DNA of 64,000 nt from Cyanobacteria bacterium LVE1205-1 (lineage in GTDB: Bacteria > Cyanobacteriota > Cyanobacteriia > CAIUCS01), in contig CP089922.1 of the NCBI GenBank assembly GCA_041879355.1, forward strand, positions 2,912,498-2,976,497, given 5' to 3'. A program made the translations under genes and the position numbers. The notes beneath the pieces were generated by a model. It made no database searches. It saw only the letters and a program-made list of their open reading frames with translations, and was not told the DNA's origin. How positions within the stretch are numbered: the stretch's first letter is position 1; the number at the start of each line of letters is the position of its first letter. Shown in pieces: positions 42,306 to 52,499 of this stretch.

Positions 42306-43877
42306 ATGACTATTACCTCCACCATCCTCAACACAATCCCTGGCAACCCTTTGGACGGGTTACGGTATGCTGATAGCCGATGGTCACGGTTACGCCAACC
42401 CCCCCGCCCTGAAACTTCAGTTGTTGAAGTAAGCACCACCCCTCTGACTGATATTAATTGGGATATGATTGTCTGTGGGGGAACCCTAGGTATTTTAATC
42501 GCTACTGTCCTTGTGCAACGGGGTTGGAAAGTAGCAATTATCGAACAAACCCTTTTGCAGGGACGAAAACAAGAATGGAATATTTCCCGAACCGAGTTAC
42601 AGGTTTTCATTGAACTGGGTTTATTAACCGATGGGGAATTAGAACAGGCGATCGCATCTAGCTATAACCCTGCCCGTATTTCTTTTTTGGGGGGACCGGA
42701 TTTCTGGATTCGAGATGTACTCAATGTGGGAGTAGATCCATTCTATTTATTATCCCGACTCAAGCAGCGTTTTTTGCAATTTGGGGGGTGTATCTATGAA
42801 CACACAGCCTTTCAAAACCTGATAGTTCACCCGGAAGGGGTCGCCATCCAGGTATTACAGCCCCAAGCCTTAACCTTAAAGACAAGGTTAGTTTTAGACA
42901 TGATGGGGCATTTCTCCCCCATTGCCAGACAAGCCCGTAATTTTCAATCCCCCGATGGTGTATGTTTAGTAGTAGGAACCTGTGCCCAAGGATATACCCA
43001 TAACCAAACTGGAGATTTACTCGTTTCATTCACCCCCATTCAGCACCAGTGTCAATATTTTTGGGAAGCATTCCCAGCCCGAGAAGGTCGAACTACTTAC
43101 TTATTTACCTATTTAGATAACCATCCCCATCCCATCAGCCTGGAATTTTTATTTGAAGAGTATTGCCGTCTACTGCCTGAATATCAAGGGGTAGAACTGA
43201 GCCAACTCCAGTTCCAACGAGCTTTATTTGGATGTTTTCCCTGTTATCGTCAAAGCCCATTACATTCTCCTTGGAACCGTATTTTACCGATTGGTGATAG
43301 CAGCGGCAATCAGTCACCCCTGAGCTTTGGTGGATTTGGAGCCATGATTCGTCATTTAAGTCGGCTTAGCGAGGGGATTCATGAAGCTTTGACTGCTGAT
43401 GTACTAGACCGCAACTCCTTAAATTTACTCCAACCCTATCAACCCAATTTAGCAGTAACCTGGTTATTTCAAAAAACCATGAGCGTCAGTATTGACCAAA
43501 CTTTACCCCCCAATCAAATTAATGAATTGCTCTCCACCGTCTTTCAAGCAATGGATGAATTGGGGGATGAAGTGATGCGACCATTTTTACAAGATGTAAT
43601 TCAATTTCCAGCACTTTACCGGAGTTTACAGTCCACGGGTTTGAATAACCCTAGGGTAATAGCCCGAATTATTCCCCAGGTGGGTATCCCTAATCTCTTA
43701 GACTGGAGTCGTCACTATGGCATCCTTGGGTTATACAGTATCCTTAGCCCAATACTTCAAAAACTGAGCCCTATTACTACCAAACTTTCACCTAAAACCC
43801 GGTATCTCTATCATCGATGGCGAGATGCGGTGCAATATGGAAGTGGTCAGGATTATGACAAAAAACTTGAAAGATAA
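42306..43877 (+). CDS. FAD-dependent oxidoreductase, CruA/CruP lycopene-cyclase-like family
   Basis: Rossmann DMIVCGGTLGILIATVL near the N-terminus. Length and composition resemble cyanobacterial CruP. Assignment is moderate. Confidence 0.5.
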   Translation: MTITSTILNTIPGNPLDGLRYADSRWSRLRQPPRPETSVVEVSTTPLTDINWDMIVCGGTLGILIATVLVQRGWKVAIIEQTLLQGRKQEWNISRTELQVFIELGLLTDGELEQAIASSYNPARISFLGGPDFWIRDVLNVGVDPFYLLSRLKQRFLQFGGCIYEHTAFQNLIVHPEGVAIQVLQPQALTLKTRLVLDMMGHFSPIARQARNFQSPDGVCLVVGTCAQGYTHNQTGDLLVSFTPIQHQCQYFWEAFPAREGRTTYLFTYLDNHPHPISLEFLFEEYCRLLPEYQGVELSQLQFQRALFGCFPCYRQSPLHSPWNRILPIGDSSGNQSPLSFGGFGAMIRHLSRLSEGIHEALTADVLDRNSLNLLQPYQPNLAVTWLFQKTMSVSIDQTLPPNQINELLSTVFQAMDELGDEVMRPFLQDVIQFPALYRSLQSTGLNNPRVIARIIPQVGIPNLLDWSRHYGILGLYSILSPILQKLSPITTKLSPKTRYLYHRWRDAVQYGSGQDYDKKLER

Positions 43878-43965
43878 AAGCCAGACCGAAAAGTGGCTTG
43901 GGGAGATTATTTCCTAAAGCCACTTCAATAGTTAATATTCCGAAATGATACTCGGATCATGGATG

Positions 43966-44286
43966 TTAGTGGCTACTAATAGCGACTTTCGCCGTTTTAT
44001 CAGGGTGCTCTATCATACATCTTAAGCTAGGGAAAAGAAAATGATTCTCCTCCACATACTGGGCACCAAACAACCCCTTCTCAGCCCAAAAGTAGCGGTC
44101 AGTGGTATGCTCGTTGCGTCTTACCAACAGTAAAGCCGGTGGAACTATCCCTTCCGAGTGGATGAACTTACGAGCTGCCGTGACCGGCTTATCCTCACCA
44201 CTCTCAATGCTAAACTGGGGAACTTGTTCAAGGATCCGCCGACCTTCTAAACGCCTACGACTTTTTCGTTTACGTCTTCTTGCCAA
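43966..44286 (-). CDS. Hypothetical basic protein (106 aa)
   Basis: ORF with an arginine/lysine-rich N-terminus. No family recognised. Confidence 0.25.
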   Translation of the reverse strand: MARRRKRKSRRRLEGRRILEQVPQFSIESGEDKPVTAARKFIHSEGIVPPALLLVRRNEHTTDRYFWAEKGLFGAQYVEENHFLFPSLRCMIEHPDKTAKVAISSH

Positions 44287-44719
44287 TCTTACAACCTCCC
44301 AATTTTCGACCGAATTTATGTAACCCTAGTTACAGAAACCATTGAAAGTATATCGATTTAATTTTTAAATTTCAACTTCTTTTAATCCTTTGATACAAAC
44401 TTTTTTACATACTTGTAGGGCTCACCCTAAGACGGTTTAAGGGGGGTAAGCCATAGTCGTCAACCGTAAGTCTGAAATAAATCTAAATAAATTTTATTGC
44501 TTCTATGGCTTGCTTTAAGAAAGTTTGATTCTGCTCCATTTAATTATTTTAGATTTAGCCTCACACAAAAAGGAGCAAGAAAAGCTGTCCAAGAAGAACG
44601 GGGTTTTAGACCCATTCTTCCGATAAGAGATAGGATTCAGGTTATTATGAAACTGTTTGGTAAACTGTTCAGGAACGTGGATCTTTTAAGCTGTAATTCT
44701 TGCAGGTCATGTATGTTTC

Positions 44720-46669
44720 TTGGTAGTTGTCACCCGGGACAGCCATCCCACATTATCTAGTTCCCGATCTTTAGCACCGAATCTCCAGCAAAGTCGAGCT
44801 GCCATGACCCGTCGTACATTTTTTTTACGTTTACTTACCTTCGTAATTGTTTTTCTCTCACTTGCGGGTGGGGGAGGATATTGGCTATGGATTAACAATC
44901 CGTTAAGGTTACTGGTTGGCGGCAACACCACCAGTCTGGTCGCATCCATGTTTATTCCCAATAAAGCTCCCTTGGTTGTATCCTTATTGGTTAATCCTGA
45001 CCGACTGGCGGCACTGCGTCAACTACTTGCAAATCCGGGAGATCGACCACAAGCAAGGCTGGAAACCCAACAAATTAAACAAGGTTTATTAACTTCAACT
45101 GGGTTAGAGTACGAACGGGATATTCAACCCTGGATTGGAAATGAAATCACCATAGCAGTCACAACCCCGGACTTGGACTATAATCCAAGTAATGGTCAAC
45201 AACCTGGCTACTTAATGGTTGTAGAAGCTAGAAATGGGGAACGTGCTAGGCAGTTTTTAGAGTTTTATTGGCAAAGGCAGACTATTGCTGGCTTAAATCT
45301 TCAGTATCAGTCTTATCAAGGTGTTCAGTTAATTTATGGTCTGCCATCAAACCCTCCCCTAAAGGGTGCGGTTAGTATACATCAGAATAATCAAGATCTG
45401 ACTTCCCTTTCCCTCGCTACTGCCGCCGTTACCGACCGTTTCATCCTGTTGGCTAACTCCCCGAAGGTGCTACGGGATGCCATCAATAATGTACAGGTTT
45501 CTAACCTGAATCTTAGCAATTCCCCTCAGTACCAACAAGCACTGAATCACCTCAATACTAATCCTATCGTCCTCAGCTATGTGAATCTAGGGGAACTTTA
45601 TTCATGGCTTGGAGACTATTCCCCCTCAATCAATTCGTCCATCCATGGGAAAACGTCTAAGGACGTGGGAAAACATAGCCCTAATAGGGTAATGGCGCAA
45701 CAACAATCTATGGATCGGGTATTCAAGGTTGGTTCTCATCCCGATGACCTAATTGTGGGTTTATCCGTCAGTCGGGATGGGCTTTTAGCCAATGGTGTCT
45801 GGCAGACTGGATCCGGCTTGGTTGTTAACCCCCCACCGACCCAACTCTCCCATCTATCCAATGGGGTGTCTTATCTGGCAGGAAGTCTTCCCTTGATAAT
45901 TACCAGCAAAGATTTGAACTCCATTTGGGCTGCTTTTAACCAGGAAATCTCAGTCTATCCATCTTGGTTGCAGGGGATTTCCAATTCAGTGACCTCCTTA
46001 TCTCGACAATGGGATGTGGATTTAAGTAAAGATATTGTTAGTTGGATCGGGGATACCTTTGGGTTGGTTCTCCTCCCGAATGAACAGGGGAATTCTTCCT
46101 CGGCAAGTCCCTTTTCCATCGCGAATTGGGTATTTCTGGTAGAACGAACTCCCAAAACGATCTCAGCGATCGCCCAGTTAGACCAACTAGCCACCCAAAA
46201 AGGGTATAGTGTCGGCAAGATAAAAACTGGGGTAAACGAACGAACTGTTTGGGCAAAACTTAACCCGTTGAGCCCAGAATTATCTAACTTAGATGGGAAA
46301 GGTCGCCTTAGTAATTCTATATTAACTGCCCATCTTCAAGGGGTGCATGGTACTGTGGGGGAGTATGAGGCATTTGCCACCTCCATTCCAGGGATTGACC
46401 AAATCAGCCAATCCCTTACTCCAAATACCACGGCAACCATGGGTGGAAAATTACCCCAAAATTTTACTAGCCTTCATCCCTTGAATAATGGCTATGCATT
46501 CATTGATTGGCAAAAATTTAAGCCTCTCCTCATTGAACAGTTTCCTCTCTTCCAATTTGTAGAACTGGCAGGCTATCCCTTATTTAATCATTTGCGATCG
46601 ATTACAGTCGGCGGCGATGGGGGAAATTCTGAAACCCACAAGGGGGTAATGTTGATTCAATTACGGTGA
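44720..46669 (+). CDS. Hypothetical membrane-anchored protein (DUF3352-like). Start probably at MTRRTFFL (about 44807).
   Basis: N-terminal TM (LLTFVIVFLSLAGGGGYWLW) followed by a large extracytoplasmic domain. Confidence 0.45.
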   Translation: MVVVTRDSHPTLSSSRSLAPNLQQSRAAMTRRTFFLRLLTFVIVFLSLAGGGGYWLWINNPLRLLVGGNTTSLVASMFIPNKAPLVVSLLVNPDRLAALRQLLANPGDRPQARLETQQIKQGLLTSTGLEYERDIQPWIGNEITIAVTTPDLDYNPSNGQQPGYLMVVEARNGERARQFLEFYWQRQTIAGLNLQYQSYQGVQLIYGLPSNPPLKGAVSIHQNNQDLTSLSLATAAVTDRFILLANSPKVLRDAINNVQVSNLNLSNSPQYQQALNHLNTNPIVLSYVNLGELYSWLGDYSPSINSSIHGKTSKDVGKHSPNRVMAQQQSMDRVFKVGSHPDDLIVGLSVSRDGLLANGVWQTGSGLVVNPPPTQLSHLSNGVSYLAGSLPLIITSKDLNSIWAAFNQEISVYPSWLQGISNSVTSLSRQWDVDLSKDIVSWIGDTFGLVLLPNEQGNSSSASPFSIANWVFLVERTPKTISAIAQLDQLATQKGYSVGKIKTGVNERTVWAKLNPLSPELSNLDGKGRLSNSILTAHLQGVHGTVGEYEAFATSIPGIDQISQSLTPNTTATMGGKLPQNFTSLHPLNNGYAFIDWQKFKPLLIEQFPLFQFVELAGYPLFNHLRSITVGGDGGNSETHKGVMLIQLR

Positions 46670-46932
46670 ATTACTATTATCTATGTAGATCTTATCAAGA
46701 GTATTGAGAAGTCAACTTAGAAGAAAACAATCAATTTATCAATACTATGATTAGTGTTAGGACAACTTGAAACCCCATCAATGATAAAATTGCCTCCTAG
46801 TATGGCACCACTTACCCTCAATGCCTCTCCTAAACTGTAAGGACAATCTATCAATTAATTGATAGCGTGCTTACTAATTATTAAAATGTCTTTGGTAGTC
46901 CTAAACAAGCAAGAATAGGAATTGGTTAGGGT

Positions 46933-47814
46933 TTGGGGGCAATGCCCCTACCACTCCTCTTAAAACCTTACCTTTTTACCACCACCATGTCTTGTAGTGC
47001 AATTATTCTCACAAAAAATGAAGCTGTGAATTTAAATCGGTGTATGAATTCACTGTATTGGTGCCAGGAAATTTTAGTAATTGATTCAGGTAGTACTGAT
47101 GAAACCGTAAAAATTGCTGAATTCTTAGGTGCAAAGATTTTTATTAACATTCAGCCACCCCCATTTATTATTTCAGAGCAACGTAATTGGGCACTAAAGC
47201 ATTCTAGTATTATGTCTGACTGGGTTTTATTTGTTGACGCTGACGAAGTTGTCCCCCCAGACTTAGCAAAGGAAATTCAATCAATCTGTAATGAAGCAAA
47301 TCCCACCTATGATGCCTATGAACTCACAGCCCGATATCTGTTTTGGGGGAAATGGCTAAAACGAACCCAAGGTTACCCCAATTGGCATCCTCGCCTACTC
47401 CGAAAAGGTTCAACCCACTTTGAAGGAGGAGTGTGGGAACACTTTGCCCATGGTGTCAGGGTAGGTAGATTACTCACACCCTATGACCATTATGCTAATT
47501 CTAAAGGGTGTTCAGATTGGCTCCATCGACACGACCGCTATTCCACTTGGGATGCCGAAAAAGTTGTTGCATTTCTGGAATCTGGTAATACTAAAGACCT
47601 AGGCACAATTCGTAAACGAACCCTTCGTCTTTGGGCTGCTAAATTATGGCCGTTAAGACCTCTGGCTAGATTTATCCAAATGTATTTTTTGCGGCTTGGG
47701 TTTCTTGAAGGATGGAAATCTCTCCTATTTTGTTTAATGTATGCAATGTATGAATTGATAACTGTTATTAAAATCATTGAGCTTCAGCGTAAAAAGTCTG
47801 GGCTTCCCCTTTAA
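46933..47814 (+). CDS. Glycosyltransferase family 2
   Basis: ILTKNEAVNLNRCMNSL...VIDSGSTDET and DADE motifs. Confidence 0.7.
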   Translation: MGAMPLPLLLKPYLFTTTMSCSAIILTKNEAVNLNRCMNSLYWCQEILVIDSGSTDETVKIAEFLGAKIFINIQPPPFIISEQRNWALKHSSIMSDWVLFVDADEVVPPDLAKEIQSICNEANPTYDAYELTARYLFWGKWLKRTQGYPNWHPRLLRKGSTHFEGGVWEHFAHGVRVGRLLTPYDHYANSKGCSDWLHRHDRYSTWDAEKVVAFLESGNTKDLGTIRKRTLRLWAAKLWPLRPLARFIQMYFLRLGFLEGWKSLLFCLMYAMYELITVIKIIELQRKKSGLPL

Positions 47815-47836
47815 TAGTCGTTCTTTTGGGCTGATA

Positions 47837-49041
47837 ATGAAATCACTTGCGATCATTTCCCAATACTTTTATCCCAGTGAGAGTTCCACTGCTCAACTTC
47901 TCACCGACCTTGCACTCAACCTTGCCCGCACTGGTTATTCTGTTGAAGTCTTTACAGGTTCAACCTCCTCTTCTTTAGATTTATCAATTTCACCTGAAAT
48001 TAAAGTCCTCCGTCCTCGTTCTTCCCGACAACAAAAATATTCGATTGTCAGTAAAGTTTTAAGTTCTTTTGCTTTTCTTTGCAGGGGGTTCCTCTATGTA
48101 CTTTCCCTATCCCCATCCACCCCCCTTCTAATTGTTAGTAACCCCCCTACGCCGGAATCTTAGGATTAAGCTTTCGGTATTTTAAACGGGGAAACTATAC
48201 CTTCCTTTTCCAAGATATTTTCCCCGAGTCTGCTAACTTAAGTGGAGTTCTTAAGTCACAAAACATCCTGTTTAGGGTTCTCGATCGTCTGATGAATCTT
48301 ATTTGTCAAAACTCTCAGCATACGATTGTGCTAACGACAGCAATGCAAGCTTACTTATCTCAAAAATATCCCCATCTTTCTTACCACACAGATGTGCACG
48401 TAATAGAAAACTGGGCAGTGGAACCCATCATTCCACAACCAAAGTCATCTAACCCATTTGCCCGAAAACATAAGCTCGATAAAATCTTTACCGTTCTCTA
48501 CTCTGGCAATATCGGTCGTCTCCATGATATTGAAACCATTGCTGAATCGATTTACTTACTTCGTCATGAACCCATACAATTTGTATTTATTGGAGACGGA
48601 CCCAAGCAATATATTTTGATGAATTACTTAAGTAAGTATCAACTCACCAACCTCTTGCTACTCCCTTTCCAACCCCGCCCCCAACTATCCCATACCCTTA
48701 CTGCCTGCGACCTTTCCCTCATGGGTGTTATTCCTGGTGCTGAACACATTATTGCCCCATGCAAACTCTACGGTATGCTTGCCGCAGGGAGAGGTATTGT
48801 CAGTCTGTCTAGTTCGGGATCCTACTTAGAACAATTGCTATCCCAGTATAATTGCGGGGTTAACCTTCCTCCCCAGGACCCTATGAACTTAGCCAGTTGT
48901 ATTCAATCCCTCTCTACTAATCTGGAACGAGTTGCCACCTTGGGTTACAATGCTCATCAGCTTTATAAAGAACGCTATCAAGTAGACCGAGCCATCAGAG
49001 AGTATGAAAACGTTTTAGTTGATCACTTGCCTCATCCATAG
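47837..49041 (+). CDS. Glycosyltransferase family 4 (GT-B). Frameshifted in a C6 run at 48142-48147.
   Basis: A single continuous frame from PPTYAGILGLSFRYFKRGNY through ...LYSGNIGRLHD... to the C-terminus once a 1-nt indel is allowed. Confidence 0.7.
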
Positions 49042-49329
49042 AGGACATAATTTAGGCAGTAGGGTTTACCTGTTAAGCATCTTGCTTCCGGGTGTCCACC
49101 GTTGCTATGAATAGGAATTGATTGTCAAAGGGTGGCTGCCATCAAAACAAGCATTTCCTCATGAAATACCATAAAATTCTATTTATATGCCACTCGATGA
49201 GTCTTTAAAGGAGTACTTAAGGAAGTAAAAATCAAGAGAGTCTCGGAATTATTTACTGATGTGATGCTACAATAAAGGCTTAATGTAAAACACGTCTAAA
49301 TACTAAGAAAATTAATAAGATAGTTTTCA

Positions 49330-49403
49330 GGGCATGTAGCTCAGTTGGATAGAGCATCAGATTCCGGTTCTGAGGGTCGGGGGTTCGAGTCCCTCCATGC
49401 TCG
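49330..49403 (+). tRNA. tRNA-Arg (anticodon CCG)
   Basis: GGGCATG acceptor stem (one G·U pair), D-arm GCTCAGTTGGATAGAGC, anticodon loop TTCCGGT, T-arm GGGGGTTCGAGTCCCTC. No encoded CCA. Confidence 0.9.
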
Positions 49404-49549
49404 TTAGATGGTTTAGTAGTCCTACAATTAGATATATGCAGGGGCTTGCCTCAGCGACAGTAGAAAGCAAGAAATCCTACTCAAAAACTATCGGAATCAG
49501 CCACTTTCCAATGGTCTTTAGTTCTATTGTCGTTGAAAGTTTCAAGCTT

Positions 49550-50821
49550 TCAAAAGAAATCCCAGCAGAAAGGCGGGGAAGTTGTCCACGCCCGATCTAA
49601 TTGGGTCAGACAATTCTCGTTTCCTTCAACCTGAAGCTCACCGGTCCACTTCAGTTGTGCAACCCGACGGAAACCAAAAAATAATTGGGTCAGGTGTTCT
49701 AGGGATAAGGTGATTTGGGGAGAGTCGAAGGACGTTTCGACCCGATGCATTCGACCTTCACTGAAATGAACCGTAAACGGGTCATAAAGAACCTGACTGG
49801 ACTTTGGAGCAATTACTCTAAACGTTATTTGAAATGCTTTCCCCTGAGAAATCGGACGATAATTCATTGCTGCAAAAATATCCACCAGTCGCCACATGAA
49901 CCCAGCCCCAATTTTCCCCAAAGGATGGGTCAGACCAAAATGAAAGGGAGATGACTGTAACTGGGGATTCTGTCGTTGTTCCATCAATAAATTTGGAAAA
50001 AGATCATCGGGATAGGTATTCCAAATAATGGTGGAAACCTGATCCCTCAGGGCAGCAAAAAAACCAAGAATTCCTTTGTAGGCATCCATATTAAGAGCAA
50101 CCCATTCTTGGACAATCACAGTTGGGACACTCCAATTGGATTGGGCTAAAAATTGATAGATAACATAACCCTCAATGGAATAATGGGATGGGTTACCCCG
50201 ATAAATATAAATTTCCCGTCCAGGAATGCAGCGAAGATAGTCATTCCATTGCCAATCCTGACGATGAAGCCAACCATTGTGGGAGACGGCAGCCTCTTCG
50301 TAAGTCGTTGTTAGGGATTCTCGATATAGGGGGTTATAGGGATAAATATTGTTCCGTTGAGCATAGAGGGGAAGGTGGTGACTGGAAATTCGGTATTGAT
50401 GGGATTGCCCCACCCATGCCCATCCAAATTGTCGATAAAATCCATGGTGAAATGGATAAAGCATGGTTAAAGGGATGTGTTCGGCGTGTCCGATATTCAA
50501 ACCATGCTCTATCAATTGTTTTGAAATTCCCTGCCCCCGTTTGTGGGGAGCTACACATATCCCGGCAACCCCGGTAGCAGGAATGGTTTGCCCCATAAAC
50601 CAAACCCTTAAATCAAGGATGGTATAGGCACCTACTGCCAAATTGGTTTGCAGATCAATAGCTAGGTATCGTCGCCGCCCTGGCTGGTCTAGTTGATTAT
50701 GAAACCAATGAGCTTTAATTTGCTCTACGGTTTGTTGGGGGGAAAATGCCAACCGATTTAAGTTAGCAAGTTCAGTTAAGTCATCCTGAGTTGCCAGGCG
50801 GATGTTCAAATGAATGGGCAT
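49550..50821 (-). CDS. GNAT-family acetyltransferase with a C-terminal extension (Eis-like)
   Basis: 423 aa. The N-terminal GNAT motif is ...AVGAYTILDLRVWFMGQTIPATGVAGICVAPHKRGQGISKQLIEHGL. Confidence 0.5.
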   Translation of the reverse strand: MPIHLNIRLATQDDLTELANLNRLAFSPQQTVEQIKAHWFHNQLDQPGRRRYLAIDLQTNLAVGAYTILDLRVWFMGQTIPATGVAGICVAPHKRGQGISKQLIEHGLNIGHAEHIPLTMLYPFHHGFYRQFGWAWVGQSHQYRISSHHLPLYAQRNNIYPYNPLYRESLTTTYEEAAVSHNGWLHRQDWQWNDYLRCIPGREIYIYRGNPSHYSIEGYVIYQFLAQSNWSVPTVIVQEWVALNMDAYKGILGFFAALRDQVSTIIWNTYPDDLFPNLLMEQRQNPQLQSSPFHFGLTHPLGKIGAGFMWRLVDIFAAMNYRPISQGKAFQITFRVIAPKSSQVLYDPFTVHFSEGRMHRVETSFDSPQITLSLEHLTQLFFGFRRVAQLKWTGELQVEGNENCLTQLDRAWTTSPPFCWDFF

Positions 50822-50907
50822 AGATCAGTGTGAATTGTGTTATTTTAGCCGTGATTTACTAAAATGAATCAAGTTGATGCAAAAAAACAAAAATCCTCAA
50901 AACCACT

Positions 50908-51693
50908 ATGTGTCAATTACTTGGAATGAATTGTAATGTACCTACTGATATTTGCTTTTCGTTTGAAGGATTTTGCGCTAGGGGTGGCAAGACTGATGTC
51001 CACAAGGATGGTTGGGGGATTGCATTTTTTGAGGGATTAGGCTGCCGGATATTTCTCGATGATCAGCCATCGGTAAGTTCTGCCATCGCTCAATTCATTC
51101 GTCAATATCCAATTCGGTCAATGAATGTAATTGCTCACATTCGTAAGGCTACCATCGGTCCAGTCGGGCTGGAAAATTGTCATCCTTTCCAGCGGGAACT
51201 GTGGGGACATTATTGGGTATTTGCTCACAATGGGGATCTGCCTACCCTGGTAGATGATAAAACTGGTTTTTATCATCCTGTTGGTCAAACGGATAGTGAG
51301 CGGGCTTTTTGTCATATCCTTAATCAACTAAGAGCTGCCTTCCCCAATACTCAACCCCCCATTGATGTTCTTTATTCAACCTTGCTCCAGATTACCCAAA
51401 CAATCGCCAACCATGGTATTTTCAATTATCTTCTCTCTGATGGTCAGTATTTTTTTGCGTCCTGTTCAACCCGTCTTTACTATCTAATCCGACAATCCCC
51501 ATTTACCTCTGCCCATTTAATCGATGAAGACCTAACTATTGATTTTAGTTCCCTTACCTCTCCCCATGACCGGGTCGCAATCATAGCCACTTCTCCATTA
51601 ACAGATAACGAAGTGTGGACAGCAATCCTTCCTGGTGAGTTGGTAGTGTTTCGAGCAGGTACCTTAGTCAGGGCAACCGCACACGTTTCTTGA
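50908..51693 (+). CDS. Class II (Ntn) glutamine amidotransferase
   Basis: N-terminal MCQLLGMNCN with the catalytic Cys2 context, YafJ-like. Confidence 0.7.
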   Translation: MCQLLGMNCNVPTDICFSFEGFCARGGKTDVHKDGWGIAFFEGLGCRIFLDDQPSVSSAIAQFIRQYPIRSMNVIAHIRKATIGPVGLENCHPFQRELWGHYWVFAHNGDLPTLVDDKTGFYHPVGQTDSERAFCHILNQLRAAFPNTQPPIDVLYSTLLQITQTIANHGIFNYLLSDGQYFFASCSTRLYYLIRQSPFTSAHLIDEDLTIDFSSLTSPHDRVAIIATSPLTDNEVWTAILPGELVVFRAGTLVRATAHVS

Positions 51694-51944
51694 CGCACTA
51701 TATATGGTGTACCTCGCTATTAAAAACACTAGCTTAGAAGATCTTTATTCTCAATAAGCCTTAACTAATGAGAATTTTTGCAATAAGTCACTGGAAATTG
51801 GCTCTTGTTGATATGTTAAGTTTTGGGTGCGGTTGCCCTGGTGCCCTAGTATCTTTATCTCCAGAAAGGAAACAAGATGTTCTATTATATTAAGGTAGAA
51901 TATCTTTTTTCTAGGCTTTATCTAGTTCATTTTGGTTGAAAGGT

Positions 51945-52061
51945 AATTAAGTAATGGAAACCCTTAAAATTGCAGTTTATTTGGTGGTAACTTTTTTTGT
52001 GTCCTTATTCATTTTTGGATTCCTATCCAATGATCCGGCTCGAAATCCAAAAGGAAGGGAT
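51945..52061 (+). CDS. psbI: Photosystem II reaction centre protein I
   Basis: [38 protein letters not shown] (38 aa) matches PsbI nearly residue-for-residue. It is absent from the ORF track because of its length. Confidence 0.9.
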
Positions 52062-52499
52062 TCAGAATAATTAGGATTTTCCAACTGTTACAGTGTAGTT
52101 ATAACTTATTCATTGACGGCTGAGCAAGTTCAGATAGTTAGACTAATGTCTTATCCACCTAGCTGGACACAACACTGAATCAGTGCATACTTTAGTATCC
52201 ATTACTTAACTGGTAAATTAATACTAAGTAAAGTTCAATTCCAAAAACCCGATTGTATTCAATTGGGGCTTATGGCTATGGATTTAAGGTTCGTGATTTC
52301 TGGATGGATGTCATGAATAAGTTGTAATTGCACGTTATTCCCTGATTGTTTTATTGTTACTAATCATTTCAGTAGAAAATAAATGGGATATCTGGCATAC
52401 TGCTAAGACAGTTATGGGCAAATTGCCCTACTTTTGCTAGTTATTTAGAATTATGCCATTACCAATTCCATCACCTGCCCCCCTCCTCCTATTTCAGCT

